Made by a program: the position numbers and the translations under genes. From a virus (lineage: Duplodnaviria; Caudoviricetes): a stretch of 51,285 nucleotides of DNA. The notes beneath the pieces are model-generated. The model was not told the origin of the DNA. It worked only from the letters and a program-made list of their open reading frames with translations, and did no database searches. Location: IMG/VR virus record IMGVR_UViG_3300022841_000021, positions 1 through 51,285 of that record; one strand, written 5' to 3'. This document shows, piece after piece, positions 37,734 through 45,458 of this stretch; within the stretch, counting starts at the first letter, position 1, and the number at the start of each line of letters is the position of its first letter.

Positions 37734-39328
37734 TAAAACAATACAGAAAGCAATGGTTAAAGTGGCACGGCTCTTATGAGAATAAAGTAAGGGTTATATT
37801 TCAGCGAACTTTTAAAGAGATTGCCAACGATATACCATTTGACAAAATGAGTGTAAACACTTATAAAGCCTACTTAGAAACTCATATTTCTAAAGAAAAG
37901 ATACTAAAATCTTACGTTAAAGTGTATGAGGAAGTCGGTACTGTTCACGGTAAAAGAATAGGTAAGCAAATAAACAAACAAATAAACCAAAAGAATTTTA
38001 CGATTGATGGCTTTTTAAGCGAGTTTCAAAAGACTTTAATGCAATGGCTTGTTAAGAATGGTGGGCGTAGAATCGTAAGCGTTAGGCGTAGTTATGCAGA
38101 GTATTTAACGCAGATAATAACCAAAGGAATAGAAGACGGTAAGTCTATGGCTTTAATAGCTTCTGATATGCAGAAAACTATTAAGAGCAGAAACTTTTAC
38201 AGATGGCAATCGTTAAGGATAGCACGTACCGAAACTACTGCGGCATCAAATTACGCTGCTACTGTATCTTCGTCAGTTAGTGGTGTTCTTATGGATAAGG
38301 TGTGGATTAGTGCGTTAGATAAGCGTACAAGAAGAGCGCCTAAAAGCAGTTACGACCATTACGCAATGAACCGAGTTAGAGTTCCTTTAGATAAACCTTT
38401 TAACGTAAGCGGTGAGAATTTAATGTTTGCGGGTGCGCCTTTAACGGTTGAAGGTAACAGAACGTCAGGCGGTAATGTTATAAATTGTCGTTGTTCCATT
38501 GCACAAGTTGTAAGGAGAGATAGCGATGGTAATATTATGCTTTCAGGTGCTAATAAACCTGTTTCGAGTGGGTTTGTTAAGCCTATTGTACGTACTGTTA
38601 AACCTAATTTAGGTACTGTTAATCCTAATGTATTTAGAGCAGCTAAAACATTAAAAGAAGCAGAAGATAGAATGTTATCTACTGGTAGTGTAAAAAATGT
38701 AAATTTAAAAGGACTTAAAAAAGAAGAGTATAACGAGGTTTTAAGAATATTTGAGAAAGAAAATAAGTTTTCTAAAATGAATTTAGATTCAATAGTAACG
38801 TATAGAAATGCACGAGATGGTGCTAACGCATTATACTCTCCGTCTAATAATAAAATTGCTTTAAATATTTCTAATTTAAGAAAAAGGGTTAAAAATGATA
38901 TCGTATCTTATGAAAATCAACTATTAAAGTATGATAAAATGCTTACAGATTACAAAGATAATTATGTCGGAAACGTAAGATATAACCAAAGACAAGTAAT
39001 TACTAGAATGAACTCGTTAAAAAGGCGTATTAATGTAATAGATAGAAAAATTAAAGACGGAGAAAAGGCAAGATATTGGAGTATTTCAAGTTCTTTTGAA
39101 AATCAAATAGATGCTTTAGGTTCTACTTTTACTCACGAAATAGGGCATTACAGACACTTTAAACAATTAGGTGAAACTAGGTTTTTAGGATATAGCAAAC
39201 TTAGAAGTGTTTCTGAATATGGTAGAACGAATGATAAAGAGTATTTAGCGGAATGGTACACGCATTATAGATATTTTGGAGAACAGGGAGTGCCAGAAGT
39301 ATTATTAAAATTATTTAAATCACTATAA
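37730..39328 (+). CDS. MuF/SPP1 gp7-like head protein fused to a C-terminal zincin metallopeptidase
   Basis: RIARTE, KVW.S..D.RTR, INCRC; then linker and HEIGH...VSEYG..N..EYLAE. Confidence 0.85.
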   Translation: MIKQYRKQWLKWHGSYENKVRVIFQRTFKEIANDIPFDKMSVNTYKAYLETHISKEKILKSYVKVYEEVGTVHGKRIGKQINKQINQKNFTIDGFLSEFQKTLMQWLVKNGGRRIVSVRRSYAEYLTQIITKGIEDGKSMALIASDMQKTIKSRNFYRWQSLRIARTETTAASNYAATVSSSVSGVLMDKVWISALDKRTRRAPKSSYDHYAMNRVRVPLDKPFNVSGENLMFAGAPLTVEGNRTSGGNVINCRCSIAQVVRRDSDGNIMLSGANKPVSSGFVKPIVRTVKPNLGTVNPNVFRAAKTLKEAEDRMLSTGSVKNVNLKGLKKEEYNEVLRIFEKENKFSKMNLDSIVTYRNARDGANALYSPSNNKIALNISNLRKRVKNDIVSYENQLLKYDKMLTDYKDNYVGNVRYNQRQVITRMNSLKRRINVIDRKIKDGEKARYWSISSSFENQIDALGSTFTHEIGHYRHFKQLGETRFLGYSKLRSVSEYGRTNDKEYLAEWYTHYRYFGEQGVPEVLLKLFKSL

Positions 39329-39329
39329 A

Positions 39330-39485
39330 ATGTTAAACAATAGATGTATTAGTTGTAGTAATTATTTAGGTGACTTGTCTTGTATGGCTTTTGATAAAAT
39401 ACCTAATGCAATATTGCAAGGAGAAAACAATCACACAGAACCATTAAAAAACCAAGATAATGATATTGTATTCGAATCAATATAA
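39330..39485 (+). CDS. 51-aa Cys/His-rich protein directly after MuF fusion, not in ORF track
   Basis: MLNNRCISCSNYLGDLSCMAFDKIPNAILQGENNHTEPLKNQDNDIVFESI. Confidence 0.7.
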   Translation: MLNNRCISCSNYLGDLSCMAFDKIPNAILQGENNHTEPLKNQDNDIVFESI

Positions 39486-39494
39486 ATAACATTT

Positions 39495-39559
39495 GTATCG
39501 TAAAAGGTATAAATATTATTTATTAATATCGCATTTGCTATAAATTCTATTTATATTTG
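39495..39559 (+). promoter_or_regulatory. Late promoter block, copy 1
   Basis: 56/65 identical to 44246-44310; ends in TATATTTG. Confidence 0.7.
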
Positions 39560-39566
39560 TGTAATT

Positions 39567-40238
39567 ATGAGCAAACAAATGAATTTTAAGCAAATAAGTT
39601 TCGACCTAAAGGACTTAGACGAAACAAAAGGAGTTATTAAAGCGTATGCAAATGCCTATAATAATGAAGATTCCGACAAAGATATTTCTGCAATGGGTTC
39701 TTTTACTAAGACAGTAAAGGAAAACTACAAGCGTATTAGGGTGTTAAAAGACCACAACCCTAAAGATATGATAGGCGTTCCCTTGAATATAGATACCGAA
39801 GATTCTTACGGGCTACTTACAACTACTCAATTCAATATGAATAAAGAGATGGGTAGGGATATGTTTACAGACGTTAAATTAATGCACGAAAACGGCTTAA
39901 ATGCTGAATTGTCTATTGGTTATAACGTAATACAAAGAGATGTAAAGAATAAATCTATTATTACAGAATATAAGTTAATGGAGTATTCTTTTTTATCTAG
40001 TTGGGCAGCTAATGAGTTAAGCACCGTGCAAGATATAAAGAGTATTAAAAGTACTTACGGAATACTAGAACTAATAGAGAAGTCTTATGACTTGGACTAT
40101 TCAGATACAAGATTAAAACAGATTGAAGCATTACTAAAATCACTTACTAGTACAGAGCCGTTGATTATTGACACTCCTAACGTTGAGCCGATGAATGCAA
40201 AGTTAATAAGTGAATTTATACAAACATTAAAACATTAA
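39567..40238 (+). CDS. HK97-family prohead protease (module B)
   Basis: DSDKD, LKDHN, LSIGY, L.EYS...WAAN. Confidence 0.9.
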   Translation: MSKQMNFKQISFDLKDLDETKGVIKAYANAYNNEDSDKDISAMGSFTKTVKENYKRIRVLKDHNPKDMIGVPLNIDTEDSYGLLTTTQFNMNKEMGRDMFTDVKLMHENGLNAELSIGYNVIQRDVKNKSIITEYKLMEYSFLSSWAANELSTVQDIKSIKSTYGILELIEKSYDLDYSDTRLKQIEALLKSLTSTEPLIIDTPNVEPMNAKLISEFIQTLKH

Positions 40239-40241
40239 ACA

Positions 40242-41357
40242 ATGGAATTAAAAGAACAATTAGAAGCGCTAACTCTAAAATTAGAGGGCAAATCTCAAAC
40301 AGAAGTAAAGAACGCAATAGAAGCGTTTGAAGTAAAGCATAGTGAAGCGTTATCTTTAGAAACTAAAGCAATCAAAGAAGAGTTTGCGTTAGAATTGAAA
40401 AAAGTACAAGACCACGCAGATAAATTAGACGTAAAATTACAGGCAAAAATGAAGAGTGAAGTTAAAAACGTAGACAATATTAAGTCTGCAATTATGGAAA
40501 GTGGTAACGAAATCAAAGGATTAAGTAACCAAAAAGTACAAGTTAAAGCAGTAGGAGATATGTCTACGGCTAACTTAACAGGAGATGAGCCAAGAAGTTA
40601 TAATTATGATATTGTTGCTTTTCCTTCGCAGAAAGTAAATGTATCTGACTTAGTAGGTTCTGTAAACATTGATGGCGGTACTTATACCTATACCAAAGAA
40701 ACAGGTTCAGAGGGTTCTATTGGAGCGCAAACAGAAGGAGCAAGTAAGAACGCAAAAGATTATGACTTTGCTACTGTAGACGTTGCAACTGACTTTATCG
40801 CTGGTTTCGCAAGGTATTCTAAGAAAATGAGAAACAACCTTTCTTATATCGCTTCTGCAATTCCAGATTTATTAAGAAGAGATTACTTTAAGGCTGAAAA
40901 CGCTGCATTTAATGCTATTTTAGCTTCTGATGCAACTGCTTCGTCTGAAATTATCACAGGAAAGACTAAGGTAGAGATGTTAGTAAATGAAATCTCTAAA
41001 TTAGAAGATACAGATTACGATGTAACTGGAATAGTTGTAAGACCTTCTGATTACTACAGTATTTTAAAAACTCCTAAAGATGACTTAGCTGCTATCGTAT
41101 CTTACGAAGGTGCAGTATTAAGAGTAAATGGTATTCAGTTGTTAAAAGCTACTTGGGTAGGTGCTAACAAGTACTATGTAGGAGATTGGTCAAGAGTTAA
41201 CAAGATTAACACAGAAGGACTTTCTTTAGAGTTTTCTGATGTTGAAGGGACTAACTTTGTTAAGAACAATATTACCGCAAGAATAGAGAGCCAAACGGCT
41301 TTAGCAGTAGAGCAGCCTTTAGCGTTGATTTACGGAGATTTTACGGCTACTGCATAA
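40242..41357 (+). CDS. Major capsid protein, HK97 fold (module B)
   Basis: Delta domain, EGASK, GDW, NF.KN.IT.R.E motifs. Confidence 0.93.
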   Translation: MELKEQLEALTLKLEGKSQTEVKNAIEAFEVKHSEALSLETKAIKEEFALELKKVQDHADKLDVKLQAKMKSEVKNVDNIKSAIMESGNEIKGLSNQKVQVKAVGDMSTANLTGDEPRSYNYDIVAFPSQKVNVSDLVGSVNIDGGTYTYTKETGSEGSIGAQTEGASKNAKDYDFATVDVATDFIAGFARYSKKMRNNLSYIASAIPDLLRRDYFKAENAAFNAILASDATASSEIITGKTKVEMLVNEISKLEDTDYDVTGIVVRPSDYYSILKTPKDDLAAIVSYEGAVLRVNGIQLLKATWVGANKYYVGDWSRVNKINTEGLSLEFSDVEGTNFVKNNITARIESQTALAVEQPLALIYGDFTATA

Positions 41358-41378
41358 GTAGAATAGTAATATAGTAAG

Positions 41379-41413
41379 AAAGCCCTTTCGTTAAATCGTT
41401 AGGGCTTTTTTTT
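41379..41413 (+). terminator. Terminator after capsid gene
   Basis: AAAGCCCT...AGGGCTTT plus T run. Confidence 0.8.
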
Positions 41414-41435
41414 CATATATTTACATAAAAAAGAT

Positions 41436-41735
41436 ATGAAAAAGTTACTGTTTATTATTGGATTTATTACGCTAATTGGTTGCACGGAAAATACTTATAT
41501 TACAGAGTTAGAAGAAATAGAGGTAGAGAACCCTGTAAGCGATTGCTGGCGTATTATTTCAGCTAATAGTGGTAATCCTCAATGTGAAACGAGATTGAGT
41601 ATAACCGTAGTTCGTGCTGACCTTTTCGGTACTCGAGACGCAAGAGGTTTACTTATTTGTGTTACTAATTCAGAATACACTATAGATAACTTTCGTTTAG
41701 GTCAAACTCTTTGTGATTTATCAATATACAACTAA
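41436..41735 (+). CDS. Lipoprotein moron
   Basis: MKKLLFIIGFITLIG-C lipobox; four further Cys; terminators on both sides. Confidence 0.75.
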   Translation: MKKLLFIIGFITLIGCTENTYITELEEIEVENPVSDCWRIISANSGNPQCETRLSITVVRADLFGTRDARGLLICVTNSEYTIDNFRLGQTLCDLSIYN

Positions 41736-41754
41736 CCAACTTTACACACCTATT

Positions 41755-41788
41755 AAAGCCCTGTCATTAATTTGATAGGGTTTTTTTT
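41755..41788 (+). terminator. Terminator after moron
   Basis: AAAGCCCTGTCA-TTAATT-TGATAGGGTTTT. Confidence 0.8.
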
Positions 41789-41864
41789 ACACTTGGTTTT
41801 TTTATATCGTATATTTGAGTAATATATCGTAATACGCACGTAATTACGAGATAAAAACATTAAA

Positions 41865-42035
41865 ATGATTAAAATAATAAAGGATATTTTTAAGTTAAGT
41901 GAGCAAAAATCTTATAAAATAGGAGATGTAGCAGACTTTGGAGATAAAGACAACAAAAGACTAATAAGCGAGGGCGTAGCGGAGTTAATAGTAAAAGCAA
42001 CAAAAGAGCGCAAAAGAACGATTAAAACAAAGTAA
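41865..42035 (+). CDS. 56-aa small head-region protein, not in ORF track
   Basis: After TATATTTG promoter; TAATG-coupled to connector gene. Confidence 0.55.
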   Translation: MIKIIKDIFKLSEQKSYKIGDVADFGDKDNKRLISEGVAELIVKATKERKRTIKTK

Positions 42036-42505
42036 TGGCATATTTAGATATCATAACGTTAGCAGATGCTAAAACATACCTTAGAATTGACGACACGTTA
42101 ACAGAAGACGATGCGCAAATTACTCGAATGATTAAGGCTTCGCTTTCGCAAATTGAAAGGGTTACTAATTATATTCTGTTTGCACGTTCTAAAAGCTATG
42201 TCGTAGATAATTCTATTGTAAATGTATATGACTATCCAATTAATAGCCTAACAACACCGACAACGGCTACAAGTGTGGAGCGTTCTATTTATACAACTTA
42301 CACAACAACGTTAAGCACGGATTTAAATGTGGTTTTAAACGTTGGTTATGCTGATACTATAAACGTACCAAGTGATTTAATTGAGGTTGCTTACGAAATG
42401 ATAGACTTAATGTATTATTCGCCCGAAACAGGCAAAAGTATAAAAGCAGATTTATCGGAGTTATCTAAAATGATTTTAGGCAATTACACAAGATTTTTTA
42501 TCTAA
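42035..42505 (+). CDS. Head-tail connector (HK97 gp6-like)
   Basis: ITLADAKTYLRID..EDDAQI. Confidence 0.9.
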   Translation: MAYLDIITLADAKTYLRIDDTLTEDDAQITRMIKASLSQIERVTNYILFARSKSYVVDNSIVNVYDYPINSLTTPTTATSVERSIYTTYTTTLSTDLNVVLNVGYADTINVPSDLIEVAYEMIDLMYYSPETGKSIKADLSELSKMILGNYTRFFI

Positions 42506-42867
42506 TGAGAAGCAGAAAGTTAAGCAAACGTATAGAAATATGGCAAACGTCTAATGTATCGGATGGTTTTGGCGGTAATACTGTAGCAGAAACTTTAATA
42601 ACGTCTTCGTGGGCTGAAATTATAACGCTTAACGATGTAAATAGAAGCACGGATATAGGAATTACCAGCGCAACAAACACAATTAAAGTAAGATTTCGTA
42701 AAAGAAACGATATTACTTACAATGGTTTAAATCAATATTTAAAATACAGAGGGTTTAAATACATTATAAAAAATCAACCTTTTAACGTTAGTTTTAGAGA
42801 TGACATTATAGAGATTATAGCAACTAAAGAGGAGTTAAGGAGTGTTACGCAAATAGAGCCGATATAA
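42505..42867 (+). CDS. Head closure/stopper protein
   Basis: L.KRIEI....DGFGG...WA. Confidence 0.85.
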   Translation: MRSRKLSKRIEIWQTSNVSDGFGGNTVAETLITSSWAEIITLNDVNRSTDIGITSATNTIKVRFRKRNDITYNGLNQYLKYRGFKYIIKNQPFNVSFRDDIIEIIATKEELRSVTQIEPI

Positions 42868-43298
42868 TGTCAGATAAGAGCGTAAAAGGGCTAGTTAAGG
42901 TGTTAAAAGACTTAGAGAAGTTCGGGAAAGAAGCTGATAAAGGAGTTGAAATAGTTACAAAGGCGGTTTCTATGGATATTGTTGCAGATGCGAAGGCTTT
43001 TGCACCTAAAGATTACGGTAAGTTAGCCCAAAGTATAATTTATACTAAAGTAGAAGAGGCTGATTACAAGGTAGTTGTACACGCTCCTTACGGTGCTTAT
43101 GTAGAATTTGGAACTGGTAAAATGGTGCAAGTGCCAGCAGAATTAAAAGAGATTGCAATACAGTTTAAGGGTGCAGGCGTTAAACAAATTAATTTACAAC
43201 CTAGACCGTATTTATACCCAGCTTTTGTAAAAGGGAGAACACAATATTTAAAGGATTTAAAACACCTACTAAAAACATTAACAAATAAATATGATTAA
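42867..43298 (+). CDS. HK97 gp10-like tail completion protein
   Basis: AP.D.G.L..SI, YGAYVEFGT, PRPYLYPA. Confidence 0.9.
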   Translation: MSDKSVKGLVKVLKDLEKFGKEADKGVEIVTKAVSMDIVADAKAFAPKDYGKLAQSIIYTKVEEADYKVVVHAPYGAYVEFGTGKMVQVPAELKEIAIQFKGAGVKQINLQPRPYLYPAFVKGRTQYLKDLKHLLKTLTNKYD

Positions 43299-43725
43299 GC
43301 AATTACCAGACAAATACATACGCAAAGCGGTCTTTAGTGCCGTTAATAATTTGGTGGTTGATACGTTGACCATACCCGCGTTTGATAGTAGGGTTTCAGG
43401 CAACACAATACCGCAACACTTTATACTAATGACAACACAAACGAGCCAAGTAGACCAAATGACTAAATGCGGTGATGTTTGGCAAAGTTCTATTTTAATA
43501 GACGTTGTAACTACGTATGATGGTAGCGGAAACACTGGTAGCCGTTTATTATCTGAAAACATAATAGATGCAGTACGAAATGCTACAAATAACTTAGTTT
43601 TAGACGTAGATAGTGGATTAGTAGTACAGAAACAAATACAAGATTTTCCTAATGATATTGTTACCATTACGGAAAACGAGAATATATTTAGAAAGTTAAT
43701 GCGTTTAGAATTAACCATTAACTAA
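43291..43725 (+). CDS. Tail terminator protein
   Basis: Position and size. Confidence 0.7.
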   Translation: MIKQLPDKYIRKAVFSAVNNLVVDTLTIPAFDSRVSGNTIPQHFILMTTQTSQVDQMTKCGDVWQSSILIDVVTTYDGSGNTGSRLLSENIIDAVRNATNNLVLDVDSGLVVQKQIQDFPNDIVTITENENIFRKLMRLELTIN

Positions 43726-43778
43726 CTTAACCCTATACTTTTCCTCGAAGTATGTTTTTTCTTTTTTAGCTTTTTTTT

Positions 43779-43806
43779 CCTCACTATTAATTTAGTGAGG
43801 TTTTTT
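43779..43806 (+). terminator. Intrinsic terminator
   Basis: CCTCACTA-TTAATT-TAGTGAGG plus T run. Confidence 0.8.
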
Positions 43807-43821
43807 ATTTATGCAGTAGTT

Positions 43822-44184
43822 TTATTGTGTTAAAATTAATTCATTACCTATAAGTGTGAAGTATAGGTTTTGTAATTGGTGTACGTGTTTTAAATTAGGA
43901 ATAGTTATACATTGTTTTCCTTGAATTAATATTAATGAATTTCTAACATATCTAATTCTGTATGCTATTTCATTCCTACATAAATACACTTTCTTTAAAT
44001 CCCAAGTAAACCCAAACTTCAACAACCAATCTTCTGTTAATGGTATAGTTTCAATTTTAGATAGTGGGGTTTCTTTAAATTTATAAATATCACAATAAAC
44101 ATTTTCTTTAGTCAGTGATTTAACTATTAAGATGTTTTTAGTGTCTGTTAAATAGTTTCCAATCCTTAATTCGTTTGCTTTCAT
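43822..44184 (-). CDS. Reverse-strand moron, hypothetical protein (MKANELRIGN...)
   Basis: ELRIGN, IPLTE.WLLKFGF, VHQLQNLYF motifs; minus-strand TATATTTG at 44204-44211. Confidence 0.7.
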   Translation of the reverse strand: MKANELRIGNYLTDTKNILIVKSLTKENVYCDIYKFKETPLSKIETIPLTEDWLLKFGFTWDLKKVYLCRNEIAYRIRYVRNSLILIQGKQCITIPNLKHVHQLQNLYFTLIGNELILTQ

Positions 44185-44245
44185 CGTTTTTATCCTTTTT
44201 AAGCAAATATAGTAAAAACCACCACAATACAAAACTTATTTCATA

Positions 44246-44310
44246 GTATCGCAATGGGTATAAATTATAGTTATTAATATCGCATTTGGTATAAATTATA
44301 TTTATCTTTG
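44246..44310 (+). promoter_or_regulatory. Late promoter block, copy 2
   Basis: 56/65 identical to 39495-39559; ends in TATCTTTG. Confidence 0.7.
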
Positions 44311-44336
44311 GTATATAATTATAAAAATATACAAAA

Positions 44337-44771
44337 ATGAGTACTTTTATTAAAGGCGATGCCGTTATTCTATCTATCTGGGATGGTTCAGCTTATTTAC
44401 CAGTAGGTTGTTTAACCTCAAACTCTTTAAGCGTTACAAGAAACGTAATTGAAGCACAGACTAAATGCGCACCTAGTCAGATTATTAGACAAGCGGGTTC
44501 GACAAGTTCAGAAGTTTCTTTCGAAGCAACTTATATTAAAACAGATGCAACAAAAACAGACTTTAACGCACTTTTAGATTTTATAAACGTTGCGCAAGGA
44601 ACTACACAAGATTGGAAAATGACAAGCGACCAAGATGCGCCTGTAGCTTACTATGGCTCTGCGGTTTTGGCTGACTTAGAGATTTCTGCTGCTGCTGGTG
44701 ACGAATTTGCTACTTATAGCGGAACGCTACAAAATAGCGGTTTAATTGTAACTGTAGATCCTAACGCATAA
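44337..44771 (+). CDS. Major tail tube protein (module B)
   Basis: GCLTSNSL, ATYSGTL; precedes chaperone and tape measure. Confidence 0.8.
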   Translation: MSTFIKGDAVILSIWDGSAYLPVGCLTSNSLSVTRNVIEAQTKCAPSQIIRQAGSTSSEVSFEATYIKTDATKTDFNALLDFINVAQGTTQDWKMTSDQDAPVAYYGSAVLADLEISAAAGDEFATYSGTLQNSGLIVTVDPNA

Positions 44772-45145
44772 TGACAAATAAAATAAAGCTAAATTTTGAG
44801 GGTAAAGAACTGGGTTTTCATTTCGGACTGGGTTTTTTAGGTGAGTTATTGGATAGTTTAGACTGTTCTATTGATGAATTGGATGCGAATATTAAAAATA
44901 ATCCTTTTAAGGTCATTCCTAAATTAATGTATACTTCTTATGCTTATAATCTTGAGAGAGAAGGCAAAGAAGTTGCGTTAAAACTGTATGATTTTATAGA
45001 CTTATTAGATAGTGTTGGCGGTGTAGCTTCTGACGGCGTTAGTTTGTTTTTAGATGCGTTTAGTAACAGTATGACAAAAGACGTACCAGTAGCAAAAAAT
45101 AAAATTCCAACGTCGGGAAAGAAGAGAGCGAACCCAAAGAATTAG
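44771..45145 (+). CDS. Tail assembly chaperone (gpG-like)
   Basis: Position; G-GGA-AAG slippery site near its end. Confidence 0.8.
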   Translation: MTNKIKLNFEGKELGFHFGLGFLGELLDSLDCSIDELDANIKNNPFKVIPKLMYTSYAYNLEREGKEVALKLYDFIDLLDSVGGVASDGVSLFLDAFSNSMTKDVPVAKNKIPTSGKKRANPKN

Positions 45146-45456
45146 ACTGGGCAAGTGATATAATTTCTTTCGCTTTAGGAGAACTAAATACTCCGTCTTT
45201 GTCTTACGTTTACGATATGACGTGGGCGGAGTTTTGTATTAGGCAACACGCTCACAGACGAATAGAAAAAAACGAATGGTATAAGGTTCGTGAGATGGCT
45301 TACGCTTCATTAATAGGTTCTCATATTGACCCTAAGAAGTTACCTAAATCTAAAGATAAGTTTATTCCTTTAGACGGTGAAAGTAACGCAAAAGGTCTAA
45401 GCGATGTTCATAGGAATGCTATTTTAAAGGCTCAAAAACAATATAATAAAAAATAG
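45115..45456 (+). CDS. -1 frameshift extension of the chaperone (gpGT-like)
   Basis: -1 frame is open from GGGAAAG (45115-45121) through ELDWASDIISFALGEL...DMTWAEF to 45456. Confidence 0.8.
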   Translation, partial: GKEESEPKELDWASDIISFALGELNTPSLSYVYDMTWAEFCIRQHAHRRIEKNEWYKVREMAYASLIGSHIDPKKLPKSKDKFIPLDGESNAKGLSDVHRNAILKAQKQYNKK

Positions 45457-45458
45457 TA

